A stretch of DNA of 64,000 nucleotides from positions 15,511,208-15,575,207 of the forward strand of contig OU015568.1 of assembly GCA_907165135.1 (NCBI GenBank), in the 5' to 3' direction. This DNA comes from Oikopleura dioica. Lineage: Eukaryota > Animalia > Chordata. Below, one piece after another: positions 15,834-29,147 of this stretch. How positions within the stretch are numbered: the first letter of the stretch is position 1; each line of letters starts with the position of its first letter. The position numbers were made by a program, and so were the translations under genes. The notes under the pieces are model-generated. The model was not told where the DNA came from. It saw nothing but the letters and a program-made list of their open reading frames with translations, and did no database searches.

Positions 15834-18800
15834 TCATTCTTCCATTTCAGAATCGTCCGATTCATCTTCTTCGCTCTCGACGTTGGCTTCGACGACGAGG
15901 TTGTCTTGCTTGAGTCCGACTTCCTTGAGCGTCTTTGTTCTTTTCAGCGCTGAGATATCAGCTCTGGGTATTTGTCGAATAAGTCGGTGATCGGACTAAA
16001 TTTGACGATTAATTCAACTCTCGGTTGATCGAGTTTGAGTACCTCATGGAAGCCCTCAGCACCAATAAAGAGGAATAGCACAGCAAGTCGATCACTTTCC
16101 ATGAATCTTCTGGACAAGACTCGTCCATCGGGAAGCCGGAATCGAAGCTGGCAACTCTGATGATCATAAGATTAAATCCCCGATTAATATTTTAGCGTCT
16201 TACCCCTGCTGTACCAGCAGCAGGCTCTGGCGGAAGATTGTCCTCAGCTTGTTGTTGTTTCCGAAGATTTTCCCGCTCTTCTTTTTCGATCCTCTGTCTC
16301 TCGAGTTCGGCGGCAAGTTTTTCAGCCTCCAGCTTTTCCATTTTTTCTCTGTAATTATTAACAGCATTGACGCGTGATAAAATATGCATGGGAATACCTA
16401 TCGGCTCGCAAGGTCTGTTCATAAGCTGATTCTTGCTCCTTGACTTCGTTTTCACGCTGGAGCCGTTCATTTTCTGCCTTGATATCGTCTTCTTTTCGCG
16501 TCTCGTTGATTGTCAACGAGTTCATTAGAGAGTCGAGCATAGATGCGGGCGTTGCATTACCTTAAATTATGGATAGATAGAAGGCTAATCATCACCCCCT
16601 TTTTCTTACTTTTCTCAGTGCTAATGACCTCGTGATATGCACTTCGGCCAGTGCCAATTATAAATAAGGGGAACTGGTCAGGCGACATTCGGCGAATTTG
16701 CGAAGTAATATTACCGCTTTGGAACATTCGGTCGAGCTAGAAAAACGATAGGAACCTTGAGAAACTCACTGTTTTTGACTCACTGTATTTAAAAGACGAT
16801 CTCTGTTGAGGTAGTTGGTCATATCATAAGCCCATGCGACACAGTTCGCGTTGATGAAATCGCTGATTTGTTGGGAGCAAAGGATTTGCGAGCAGAAGAT
16901 GTTGGCTGATATACTCTTTTCGTTGTGGATGTAGATTGCTACGAAATTAATCAAAACGTGCTAATAAAAAATGGACGAACCTAAGAGACGTCTATCCGCC
17001 ACTTTGACTCGGCTGCCGTACGCTTCTGCCGCTGCGTCTTCTATAATAGTGTCAGATAAATGATAATTCTAGATTTTAGCAAACCGCATCTTCCGATGAA
17101 GAATTGAGGGCCTTTGTTGCCGAAACGTCTTCTGAATTCCACCTGAAGCTCTGTCGTTGCGACGATCCAGTCGTCCGTATTCGATTGAACTAAAGATTTC
17201 AATGAAAAAATGAACCCTTCAGTCAGTTTTAAATTGAATGCTCTGTGAGATCTCGTACTTAGACACTCCTGATTCCTCCTTCCAAAAGAGCTTGGTTCTG
17301 GTTCTTCAAACGCGTCTCCGTAGTCGTCGTAGTCATCGCCATCATCATCGTCATCATCATCAGTGTCCTCCGAGTCGGAGTCGTGTATCGTCACTGGTGC
17401 TTCTTGACGACTGCTCGTCGTTGCGCGGTTTGTGGAAGGTCTGTTTGAAGGCGTGTAAGCAGGAATAGCAGGGCGCGTGTCGGAAACTTCGAGGATGAGC
17501 TCGTAGCCCTCCAACTCGAGTTCCCACAGAGCATTCTACAAAATTACGTTACTCACTCAAATTGCCTTTGATGCCAGCTTTCTTGCGGCGCGCCATTTCC
17601 GCCGCATAACGCTTTTTATACGCTTCAGCTTTTCGGCGCTTTTCAGCCAAGCTTTTCGCTTTGGCTTGTTCTCGCTCGCTGACTGTTCTAACTCGTCGCT
17701 TTTCCTCCTTTTCTACGAAAAAAAATGATAAGAAAAGTGAATTCTAGAGGACATTTCAACCCTTTTCTTTTATCATAGCTCGCTGACGAGCAGATCCTCC
17801 TTTAGTAGTGGCGCCTTTGGCAGCCTTGGAGCTTTTCGCTGGGTTCGACAACCTGTGTAGAAACCTGAGTCAGGAGCCTGAAGGATAGTGATTAAAAAGG
17901 CGCTCAGTGGCTTTTCAACCCTAACCCTAAAGTGATGAAAAAAGATTGAGATTATAGTTCTGGTTTGCCGTTTCCAGACCCTGACTCAGGTTTCTACACA
18001 GGTTGCCGAGCCCCGCCTTCTGGCATTGGATGCAGCAGATTTAGTGCGCTTTCCAGCCATGGTTACTTTTTGTAATCTTCCTTGATTTCAACTAACTTTT
18101 CAACCCCAAAAATCCTGCAAAATATCCTCCGTTCTAGAAAAAGAACTGTACTTACTGAATCAGAGGACGATCTCGGCCAACCTCTCCATTTTTGTCTATT
18201 CGGAGGGATGAGCGTTAATGAGTAGACGTCTTCTTTGATTGAGGCGATTTTCTTACGCCCGGGGTACTTGAGCTGGTGGTCTTCTTGCTGGTCGATATCG
18301 GCGATTTTGAGCGTGAAATGGCGGTCTTTGCGTTCTTCTCGAAGTCGGTTGGTGGCTGGTAGAGGGGCAGGAGAGGGGTCGATGTGGATAAGGTTGACAA
18401 CTGATGGCAGGTTCAGAATACTGAAATAATGAAAAACCAATTCGTTTTCCGTATTTTTACCTTAGAGGAAGATCATTATCCGGCTGTCCTCCACTCGGCC
18501 AGCCAGTGAACTTCACAGGATCGTCTGGGCGTAAGTTGCAAGTGCTTTTTGCGATTTCTAGCACCGTTCCAACATGGACTTCTTCGTCCACTTGCACTTC
18601 TTTGTCTTGCCCGTTAGAGAGGTGGATGATGAATTTGATCTCGCGACTGACTCTTGGAGGCCGCGATGGGCGAACTTCTTCGACTTCTGGCGGGTTGAAG
18701 TGTTCAGAAATCGCGCTAAAATCGACATGAAAAACTTTGAAAAAAGAATAAAAGCATACGCTTCGAGATTCCAGTTGTGCTTCTCAAGAATCGCCAATGC

Positions 18801-18863
18801 TTTCACAATATCATCGGTGGCGGTGAAGGACTGAAACTGCGCTATCGCCAAGTCCTTGTCCAT
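15834..18863 (-). CDS. FAF1: FAS-associated factor 1-like (UBA-UBL-UAS-UBX)
   Basis: MDKDLAIAQFQSFTATDDIVKALAILEKHNWNLE (UBA-like), UBL-like segment, acidic linker, UAS (AIYIHNEKSISANIFCSQILCS..WAYD), coiled coil, C-terminal UBX (FRLPDGRVLSRRF..TLKEVGLKQDNLVVE). Confidence 0.88.
17549..18060 (-). CDS. Small highly basic protein (~90 aa), 3 exons, nested on the same strand in a FAF1 intron
   Basis: MAGKRTKSAASNA|(T)KSSKAAKGATTKGGSARQRAMIKEK|EKEEKRRVRTVSEREQAKAKSLAEKRRKAEAYKKRYAAEMARRKKAGIKGNLSE*. Intron 2 is a 47-nt GT-AG intron; intron 1 is mostly a MITE. Confidence 0.55.
17839..18015. mobile_element. MITE, family with TIR CT(A/G)GGNTC(A/G)ACAACCTGTGTAGAAACCTGAGTCAGGG
   Basis: Long inverted termini; degenerate 8-bp flanks GCTTTTCG/CCTTCTGG. 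Confidence 0.85.
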
Positions 18864-19143
18864 TTTTAAATTCTAATTCACGATTTCTTGCTTCTCTGAA
18901 AAAAATGAATGTTTTCCCTTTTTTTCTCTCATTCGACAAAAGTGGCAAGACAAGACGTAAAAACAAAAATATCTAGAGCTTTTTCCAACCCATTTTCTCT
19001 GTAATTTTGAAAAGGCGTCTGATGATAGAAAAATGACGGGTCATTTGAGTGTGAAACCGAAAGTTTCAGTTCTTTCAGTTGGTTGCGCAATACAGGAATG
19101 TTCGAGAGCCTCCAGGCAGAGTTTGAGAAAGAGCAAAAAGTCG

Positions 19144-19216
19144 CGCCCGATGTGGGACTCGAACCCACGACCGTTGGATTAAAAGTCCAACGCTCTACCG
19201 ACTGAGCTAACCGGGC
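19144..19216 (-). tRNA. tRNA-Lys (UUU)
   Basis: GCCCGGTTAGCTCAGTCGGTAGAGCGTTGGACTTTTAATCCAACGGTCGTGGGTTCGAGTCCCACATCGGGCG; cloverleaf with A/B boxes, followed by a T5 Pol III terminator. Confidence 0.97.
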
Positions 19217-19789
19217 TCTGCTGGCCAGCACGAATGGGTACATTATGAATACCATTTTTTCGAAAAAATTGGTTCGAGAAAATTCCAGCCTTTTCTTGAG
19301 CTCTTTTTAACAAGAAATTTGCGATTTTTATTAATTTTTTCGGTGTTTCCTTGAATTCTATCATGTTATTATTCGAAGAGATGAGACTTTTTGGTGTAAT
19401 AATGTTTAATTTGCTAAATTCTATTTACAACTGTTACAGTCAAGGATAGGTGTTGCTCCATTCTTTCTTTTCTTTTGCTTCAACAAGGAGTTGCACAGGA
19501 GTTAGTTCAGGGTTTTAAGGAAAGATAGAGCAATTTCGAATCGTCTATTTTGAGCTTTAAAATAATTGCGAAGGAAATATAAAAATTACTTGAGAAAGGT
19601 CAATAATTTAGTTGTTGCTTTCAGAAAGAATAGTCAGGGATAAATTACTGTAATTGAAAGTGATAGGAGATAGTAATTGACTAATTATTTTAAATTTTAC
19701 TAAGATTCTTGTTGCTTTGATAAAATTGGACACATGGGTGATGGCGTGGCAGGGCGATCGGCAGTAGTAAGTTCGGAAAGGAAAGGACT

Positions 19790-21990
19790 TTAGGACGTTT
19801 TGTCTTCACCTTCTTCTCCAGGTATTTTGGGCGGAGGCATACTCATGATCGTGTTGTATTCTTCGAGTGCAAGTTTATTAACTTCGAGAAGGTAGTTTTC
19901 GAGAATTTCTCCTTTCTTCGGCCCCTCGGAGAACCTAAAAACGGATGAAAATGAAGATAAAGAAGAGGAAAACCTTGGGTAATCAGTGATTCTATCGATT
20001 TCGCTCCAGCAGTCCTCAATATCCGTCAGCCACTTGTTGATGTCCTCCGTTTTCATGCCTCCCTTTCGATCGTCCTCGTCCGAGTCATCTTCTTCCTCCA
20101 TCAATTCCACGATCTGCTGCTGACCTGAAGACATAGAAGACTCAAAACACGCTCTAAAGAAACAAGTTCTTACCAAGACGAAGTCGTTTGATATTATTCT
20201 TCGTCGCTCTAATCACGGCCATATTCGCCAAATTCAACTTTTTCACGTGCGAGAATCGATTTGGATCGTCGATATTAACCGTTCTCGTAAAGTTCGGCCT
20301 CCGTTCGTCAATCCTAACTTGTGACTGCTGCCGCTCCTCTGGTGCGTCTTTCATTCTCGGGAGCGCGTTCAAAAGCAGCGTTTTGAGCTCGTTGTGCTTG
20401 TGCGGATCGACGTTTGGCGTTTTCTCGTTGAGAACAGATCTGGGAATTGAAAATTCTACGGTTGGGTTGTAGTCTTTGTCGCGCGTTCGACGGAGTTCTT
20501 TGCCTTCGAGGAAATCTTTCGACAGATAGAGGTCTAAATAATTCAGTGATGCTTCTGTTTGCGCCTGTAATTCAGTATGTACCTTCGCTTCTAAGAATAT
20601 TCATCAGGCAATTCTCGTAATGCTCCTCGAAGGTGGGATCCGCAGGCGGATGAATTTTTACGTTATTCTTATCGATAAGCAGGATCGCTTCGGCGAACGA
20701 GAGGCCTTTTAGCAGTTTTGCGCCATTATCTTTCGCCGCAGCGGCTTGAAGTAACATCATTAATTGCGCTTCTTTGTTGAGTTGTTCTATTCTTAACTTT
20801 TCTTGTACATTTGGATCTGCGCGATCTAATTTGCGGACCTAAATTGGGTAGTTGAAATCAAGGAAGAGAATTGGTTTTGCCCAGGGATCGCCAACTTGTG
20901 TAGAAACCTGAGTCAGGGTCCCGAACATTTATCATCTCAAATTGAGATTCTCCATCCATTGCACGACTTCTGGCGAAGCCGCTTTATCAAAGCGCTTTGA
21001 CAGTCCTGACTCAGGTTTTTTCACAGGTTGCGTGCCGGGTTTCCACTTACTTTTGGACTTGGAACATAAGGGACTGGTGCTTTTTCTTGCGGCTGTTGCG
21101 AAACTACTCTAGTTGAAGGTGGCGTCTGCGGAACTAAAATTTCAGGGATTTGAGTTGCATGAACTTGTGGAAGTGTGAGAGGTTGAAGGTTAAGCTGTGG
21201 TCGCGGCTTATCCGGAGCTGGTTGCTTCGGCGGCTGATTCGAGGAGGATAAGTTAGTTGAGTTTTGATTAGGCACGGTTGTAGACGGCGCGGCTGGAGGG
21301 TTCGCAGCGGCGTCACTTGCAGCTTGCCGCTTTTGCTTCTCTTCTCGAATCGCTTCGGCGAGTATTTCGTCCATTTTTACGAAGATTTCATATTCCGAGA
21401 TGACGTCGATGAATTTTTTCAAAAGCTAAAAAATCATAGGCATTTTGTTTTTCATTTTTTCGTACCTGTGGAATTTGACTGTATCTAGTATGGCTAATTC
21501 TAGTGGCGATTTGTTGAACAGTTTGATGATGCCCTTTTTGACTGTGGGTCATTTTTTGGAGTTGCAAAATGATGTCGTGATTAATATTCCAATTCGCCCG
21601 ATAATCTTTGTGAAAGTACTTGTCTTCGTGTTGTATATTCATGCTCAGATTGCCCATCATATGTTGAACGGCTTCGTAAGACGGATCAAGTGGATTCACC
21701 CCCGGCCCATCGTGGTCAAGAGGGTGTGGATGGACAAGGTCAATTTCTCGATTGGCTCTTTGAACTTGTGTGAATTCTTTGATGTTGCTAAGCGGCGTGA
21801 AGATAATGAAGAAAAAACCGGGGATCGAATCGTCTGGCATCATGTTACTCACTGCGTCCCAGTTCAGCAAGTCCCTCAGACGGCCTTGATCCGATTTCAC
21901 CAAAAAGACAATCATTTTTGAAGTCGTGACTTCAGAAAGACAAGCTCGTGTATCGCGATCGAAGACTTTGTTGATGTTTTCTTGGTTCTC
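19790..21990 (-). CDS. Uncharacterised multi-exon protein (5' end uncertain)
   Basis: Chain of same-strand ORFs (21388-21915, 21021-21422, 20572-20760, 20154-20372, 19790-20176) linked by GT-AG introns; globular N-terminal part and P/Q-rich linker; no family recognised. Confidence 0.65.
20882..21040. mobile_element. MITE, same family, intronic
   Basis: CAGGGATCGCCAACTTGTGTAGAAACCTGAGTCAGGGTC ... CCTGACTCAGGTTTTTTCACAGGTTG. Confidence 0.8.
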
Positions 21991-22248
21991 AGGGGAATCT
22001 ATAAAACTTTGTCAGACAGGGGTTGAAAAACCATAACTCAAGAAAATTGTCCCGCCATTGGATTTTTTACTTCTTTACTAGGTCAGTGGTAAAGGTGTTT
22101 ACCTTGCTCCAAATCATGTATTCTCCTTTCACATTTTTACATCATTGACAAAAAATGTTCTAGGTTAACATGTACAGGAGTGAACTTATGTTAATTATTT
22201 TTGTAGCTCTCCGGCTCCATAAGGAGGGCAGTATGGAAGGTTTTCTCT

Positions 22249-22596
22249 AGAATAGCTATTTTCAATCAAATGAATTTCCCACGAGTGGAGCTTCAAAAAC
22301 CTCAACTCAAAAATGAAATTCTTTTCAAGTCTCGGCCGAATCGTCCGATCATCCCAACGAACTTTGGAGTCCCGACTTCGGGAGAACCTCATTATCGAGA
22401 AAAATCTCCGAGAGCAAGCTGCAAGAAAGGTAATTTACAGAATACTATCGTTGTCAAACTAAGCTCAAACTAGGGCGGCCAGAACAAGCCAAAGAAAATC
22501 GAGCAACTGGTCGAAGAAACTATCAACGCTGAGAAAGCAAACGATGTTTTCAAGGCCGAGAAAAAACACCAACGAATCTACAAAGTCGAACCATGA
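22249..22596 (+). CDS. Possible small multi-exon gene of unknown function
   Basis: Exon-like segments with AG/GT boundaries; last exon GGQNKPKKIEQLVEETINAEKANDVFKAEKKHQRIYKVEP*. Confidence 0.3.
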
Positions 22597-22720
22597 GAAT
22601 GAACTTACTCTGAATATACGCCGGGTAACACGACCACATCCCTGCAAAACTCTTGTGCATTGATTTCTTCGGCTGTTTTTGGGATTAAATCTTGTTCAAA
22701 ATTCATTTCACAAAAATTAA

Positions 22721-24852
22721 TCAATAAATTCTACATATACGGTATTTTATCCGATCCTTTGTAATTGTGACATTAAGTTTAATGATTTCCGAACTCAAAT
22801 CGTTGAAAAGAAGTGGCTTTAGCTTCGAAAAACGCAAGTAACACTCGCTGATGAGGAGCATGTCGGGATCCGTGTAGTGCATCAACGAAGCATCAATTTC
22901 ATCCTCCCCGAATGCGAGTTTTCCGCTCCAGTACGTTATCGCTTTCTTTGGAAAGAAACGTTATTTATACTTTATAAATGGCTTTTCCTACTCTTTTCGC
23001 GCTGACGCGTTCGAGGCGGGTTTTAACATATTCTCTGCAGAAATGATCCTTTCTTCCGTCAGCCATTTGTGCAGGATTGGGGGAAGCAAGTGGGACTGTC
23101 AGAAGATTTTGATTCGCGTTTGGCACTTTGTTGAATTGTTCCGAATGGCGTCTCGCCAATTCCGGTCGTCCGGGTGGACCTGGCGGGGAGATATGCGCTG
23201 CGCTACTATGAGGTGAGCCTTGGAAACCAGGTGAGTTAGGAAAGCCGCCAGTTGATGGAAATCGACCTCTATTCGGCGTGAAACCGTCGTTCGGCGGACC
23301 GCGCTGATGAGGTCCTCTTGGAAAGTTGTCCGGCGTCGGTAATCCGTCGGGAGACATCACATGCGAATTCGGAGTGGACATGCTTCGATCCATTCCAGGA
23401 CGAGGTCCTCGAGGATTTTGCATTTGACCGTTTCCATGCGGCATGCGCATGTTGTTATAATGCGGATGTCCATACGACCCTTGGTGCGGATGATAGCCTG
23501 GTCGCATCGGCATCCTATGATTCGGTCGGTATCCACCCGACGGCCCGCCCGGGTAATTATTTCCGTGATAATGACCGTTACTCGGTGGTACTCGATTTTG
23601 ATGCCCGTCGAAGCCATTTTGACCGTGACCGTCGCTGGGATTCTGGTTGTTGTAGGAAGAATTCATGTCTTGACTGTACGAAGACCCCCTTCTCTCATAG
23701 TTTGGCGGCCCATCGAAGCTATTCTCCCCAGGCCAGCGCTTGTCATTCGAAGAAACTGAACCTCTGCGATCATCCTGATCGTACTTTTCTTTTCTGTCTC
23801 GGTGGTGACTATCTCGTCTCCTGTAATCTTCGTCTCGCCGAGATTCGCGGTAATCATCATCTCGTCGCTCTTTTTTTATTCTGTACCCATCATCGCGATC
23901 CCTGTGAGACCCTCCTCGATGTTCTCTTTCTCGACTTCTGTCTCTTTTGTCGCGGTGGTATCTGTCTCTATCTCGGTCCCTATGATCGCGATGATCGCGA
24001 TCTCGCTCACGACTTCTGTCTCCTCTTCTGTCACTAGGACTTCTACTCCTTGAGCGTCGTTCTGATTTGACGACAGCGCTTTCTTGTTCCCTCGAATATC
24101 GTTTCTTTGGAGCAGGAGGTGGAGGCGCTTTCTGATCTCGGTAAGAAATGACGGCGAGCGGATAACACCATTGGTTGGAGAAATCTCTTTCTGTATGGAT
24201 CCATGTGTACGATGTTCCTTGAATATGCTGCTGCTCGCGTTTGACATATTCTACGATGACCAGGAATCCGTCAAGCGTTGGATTGCGCTTACGAGTTGGG
24301 CAAAAGGCGAAGATCGTTTCTAGTTTTGGAATTTTGCAAAGAAACGTCCCACGGTCCGGCTTGCATCGAACATCTCCTTTGAACTCGATGTGCTGTTTGA
24401 TTCCCTCGTGGTAATTCGAAGCAGTCAATCCTCGATCGACAGCGTCTTCGAGTCCTTCCAAGTCGAGGCGCTCGATGACGATGAAGCCATAGTCTTTTTT
24501 GGCGCTACGGGATTTCGAGCAAAATTCTACCGCTCGACGAGAGAGTCGTTTTACTTTCCCAAAAGCTAAAGAACACCATTTTATTGGGCTAAAGAGAATA
24601 AGCTTGTACTTACAGAGATTATTATTTTCCTTATTCTTTTCATCGAAATATCCTCCCTTGAGCTTGTCCCCAACTTTATCGAGGACTTCCTTTTTCCACC
24701 AGGGATCGGAAGGCTCAATATCTTCAATATGTCTGAATGCTTTGAACATTTTCACAGAAGCCCCTTTGCCGGTCCATTTACGAGAATTGCTCTAGCTCGT
24801 TTAGGCTCATTCTAAATTAAGATTGAACGGTTTGGAAATTGTACGACATGAA
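22721..24852 (-). CDS. Nuclear protein with possible SPOC-like N-terminal domain, RS/RD-rich and G/P/H-rich disordered region (ends approximate)
   Basis: 596-aa ORF. WTGKGASVKMFKAF..EFCSKSRSAKKDYGFIVI..GFLVIVEY is loosely SPOC-like, followed by RSRSRS and DR repeats, a prion-like G/P/N/H tract and a small helical C-terminal domain. Confidence 0.6.
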
Positions 24853-25877
24853 CATGTTTAAAGACAAAACAAGGTAAATCTTCTCTTCGAAAGAAAAAGA
24901 TCTAAAATTGGCATGATTGTAGACAGCAAATTGAGAAAAAAGGGAAAATTTTAGGCGAAAATACAACGATCAGAAAGAATCATCCCAGGAAGGGGGCTGA
25001 AATCTCTGACACGGGAAACAATTAATTTGACCAATCTACAGTAAAAGATGCCAAGTTGGAAAGCAAGAAATAATTTCAGTGAAAAAATGTGTATTTATGG
25101 TTGTAACTTGTGCGACAATCAATTTATGAAAATTTGCAGTGAAAAAATGGGGGGATTTGAAGCGTATTTTTGAACTAACAGGAGTCATATTTATTGACAT
25201 ATGTCTATGTAGCCTAGAAATAAACTAGTGTAGCAACTGCGCGAAATAACAATTTCTCGAATTTGAAAAAGACTTGTGAGTTGCTAAAACTCGCGGGAAC
25301 TTGAATTTAGTAAATCTAATTGAATTAGAAACTGTGTACAGCTAAAAAAACGCGTGTTTTTGTCAATGTCGTAGTAAAGTCAGTAACATAATATTAAAAT
25401 TATATTTTTCAAAATGTTCTATAGTATGTGCACTTTCTTAAAAAGAAACAGACGGAAAACATAAAATAAAAGTCGAGGGAAAATTGGGGAGGAATAAAAA
25501 ATATGAATTCTCAACGAAAGCATAAAAGGATGTGTGTTGAACTTGGTAATCTATTTGAAGAGATATCGTTAAAACATGTAATCCGGTGCCTAGTAAAATA
25601 CTGTAATATGTGCCTGAAGTATGTGTTAGTAACTGTAAGACAGACTGGACGAGAGACTTTCGAATTTCAAATTGGTGCTCGAGAAGGTGACGGTTTTCGG
25701 ATTGTGCCAAAAGAGAGAGTAACAAGCAATAGTTTTAAAAAGTAGGGATGATGATGCTCCAAGATTGATTGAGGTATTCGAACGGAAAACAAGGAAGAGT
25801 TTCTCAAAATTTCACTTCAGACAAGTTTTAAACTTCTTCACAAAAAACCTGCGACAAAATGCAACGATGCTCATGAA

Positions 25878-26075
25878 CTGGGATCGGCAAAATGCGTAGA
25901 AAACCTGAGTCAGGGTCCTGGAAAAGATTTAGTAAATAGACACATAGCGGCATTAAAAAATAGCCGACGAGCGGCTTCGATTACAAAAAAGCCGCCACTC
26001 TTCTTACTAAAGCTCTTCTACGACCCTGACTCAGGTAGCCTGTGTCCGTTTTCATACACGGGCTGCCGGAATCGG
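25878..26075. mobile_element. MITE, same family, intergenic, degenerate right end
   Basis: CTGGGATCGGCAAAATGCGTAGAAAACCTGAGTCAGGGTCC ... GACCCTGACTCAGG. Confidence 0.75.
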
Positions 26076-26517
26076 CTGATAAAGATCTTCTCAGTGGTAA
26101 ATAACTCTTATTCTTAGGTACTTAGCCTGCTTTATTATAGACCTGCATAATAAAATTTTTTCACTGCTTCGATTTTATCCTGCAAAAGAGGGAGAGAACT
26201 TGATGCCATAAGCGGTTATAGATTTTGAAACTTGGAAAAAGATCTTGCTTGAAGAGGTTTATTGTGAAGTTGTCCGGTGCGCATGAAAAGGAGGAAGGTC
26301 GATTTCATGGATATTTAAATAAAATGTAATATGTTCGTAGGTAGAAGCGTCAAGAAACGGGAGAATAGGAATAGGAGTATTGGGGATTGTAAAAAATAGT
26401 TGTAATGATGGTGATCATAATTTTACAAAGAATTATAATTGTAATTGCAGTTTATTTTTTCTTCTTTTTGTCTATCTTGAATTTGGGCTTGGATTACGAT
26501 GTTTTTCGTTGAATAAA

Positions 26518-28779
26518 TTAGAGTTTCGCCATCTTCTCGAGCGCTTCGTTTGCGAAGAAACTGACGTCGATGTCGCTGTCTTTTGAGAGGCTGTCCAGGG
26601 CGCTTTTTACTGTGGCGTGGTTTTTCTTTGAGATCTGAAGAGATAACGTTTAGTCGCATTCTAGTGCTAGGAACGTACCAAAGTGGACATCGATCCGAGC
26701 GTCTTCGCTACATTGAATTTGACATTTGCGACTTCATCCTTGTGCATGTTGCAAACAGTGGAAACACATCTGTCAGCGATTTCTACCTGAAACAAGTTCA
26801 TTACAGCGATTCCGGAAGTCATTTATAGTAGCTTACCATGTCAGACTTATTTTTGAGCGAGGCGCTCATGAGGAAATTAATCTGGAAAAGGACGGTCATT
26901 CTTCGCAAGTAATTCTGCTCCGCGGCGAGCTCGAATACTTTCGGAAGGACGACGTCGCGGGCCCACTCAAAGCCGTAGATGTCGACGATCTTCTGGATCT
27001 GTGTGCAGGCAGCCTCGCGGATCGAGAAAACATGATCTGCCAAACAGGTCATCATTAAGTCGAAGAGCTTCTCGTCTTTGAAACTATCTCTGCTTATTTG
27101 TTTAGCGATCTTTAGCTGGATTTATCAAGAGAGTCATATTTACGGCGTAAATTTTACACTTTGGTTTCAAAACGTTTAGGGTGGGCACAAGTGAGCAAAT
27201 GCTAATTAGTAATTACTAACTAGTGAAGTTTTGAAAATCCGAGACAAAGGCATGTGTTCCAAGATTGCCAATCTGACGCGCCACTTGGTATCTTCGGCGA
27301 GCTTGAGCACGGCGGGCAGGAGTGTGTTCTGGAATGATTCGAATCCAATGACATCGTGCACAGTGCTGATGGTGTTGATGACGTTGAGGCGAACGTCGGC
27401 ACATTCGTCCTTGAGGAAGCCGACGAAAAGGGGCAACAGGTGCTCGTTTGTGTTCTCTGGGCCGATAATTGCTGCCAATTTCATCATGGTTGAAGCAAGA
27501 GCAGTTTTGACGGGCTGGTGCGGGTCTTAAAACCAGTCAACTTGAAGTAAAAAGGGAGGACTCACCATTCGAAAGGTCTTTTATGAGAGGAATTATATGT
27601 GTCATCGTAAGGTTCTTTTTACTTTCTGCTGGCAGCCCATTCGCAAAGTTGAAAATATTCTTGGCACCTTGAACTCTAACTTCACCTTCCAGATCTTTTA
27701 CCAGCGTTTTGAAAATATTGATCGTCTCATTTACTAAAAAAACGGTAAACTCTTATCAATGTCTTTCTCCACGAACCTAAGGATGCATCCAGAGCGGAAA
27801 CCAGATCGACGAGTATGTTTGCAAGCGAATTTCGCACCCTCCAGCTTTTGTCTTCCTGGAATTTCTTCAACATGACAATAATTTTGCTCTCTTGGGTTTC
27901 AACATCAAGCTTGGGAATGATCTGCACAAAAGCTGGGCAAATCAAGAGTCTGACTGAGTCCTGGTCGTCGGCAACAAAACTCTAAAAGGAGCAGATTCTT
28001 AGACTTGAAGAAGAAGGGGAAGTCAATACCTCATAGAGTTTCAGGAAGTCATTTTGAACGAAGTCCTTCTCCATTTCTGCGACGAGGGGGCCAATTTTCG
28101 AAGCAGCAGCTCTTCGAACCATTGGAGTTTCGTCGCCGCAAAGGCTTGGGTAGAGGGATCGCATTTCCTGCTTGACATGGCCTGTTCCTCTGTTGTAAGC
28201 GACAGCGAAGAGTCCGCAGGCGGAAGTTCTCGAGGTGAACCTGAATAAGGTAACGAGGGATCGAAGAAGGGTGCTTCTTACCAGTCACCAGTAGCGAGTC
28301 GTCGAATAAGAGGCTCAAAGTACTGCTCAATGTGCTCAGCAGACATCTCCCGAGCGATGGCGCAGAGAGATTGGACAGCTCGATCACGGACAACGGTTTC
28401 TTCGACCATCGCCAACGATTCGAGCGGAGTAAGAATGATGTGTGCATGGGCGGGCCCGCCGACCAAGGGAATGAAGCGCTTTAATTCATCTGCGAGTCTG
28501 AATTTCTCAACTTAGCTTATCTAGTAAAGGGGCTTTTTCTTACCGCTCGAGAACTTCGTCTTCGTCGTAAACTGAGTCAATGATGAACGGGATAAGTTCG
28601 GACTTTGTTCTTTCAACGCCAAGCGCCAGGGCGATCGTCGGGAGCTACAAAATTCAAGTTATAAAAAAGTATAGGATGATATTTTTATCTACCTTTGACA
28701 TTGACTTCAGTCTGGACGAAATGTCTTCATTTCGAAGTTCGTCGATAAGAATCGAGATGGGTTCATCGCTGTCACCCAT
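26518..28779 (-). CDS. PPP2R1A: Protein phosphatase 2A scaffold subunit A (HEAT repeats)
   Basis: [106 protein letters not shown]. Confidence 0.96.
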
Positions 28780-29147
28780 ACTAGAAAGAGAAAAAGGATT
28801 AAACGACTGCTGCTACCAGTAGTTCTGGCTTGATTGCGGTGTGAAGTTGCAGTAATGAAGATAGGTAAAGCTTTACAGAATATTTAAAGTTGAATAAACC
28901 GAACAATTGAACGAAGAATTGCACAAAAATGCAAGCGAAAGCGTGCATTTTACATCAGAATAAGTACAGGAAATGTTTGAGCAGGTAGAAAAAGGAAGTA
29001 CGTTTAGGAGGAATAATTTCAGTCATATGGTTATTTTAGTAAGGCTAGGAGATAGATCAATGGTAAGGGGATCTTAATTTGTTCTGAACTTGTTCACAAG
29101 ATAGAGAGAGGGTGTAAATGGGGTAAATGTTAGGCTAAATGCGGAAT

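Noticed and set aside
17911-17930. AACCCTAACCCTAA telomere-like hexamers inside a MITE
   Set aside because: Only two units; too short to call an interstitial telomeric repeat.
23318-24037. 239-aa plus-strand ORF and other antisense ORFs (e.g. 1385-1873 upstream part, 21445-21921, 60143-60550)
   Set aside because: Shadows of real genes on the opposite strand with no independent motifs.
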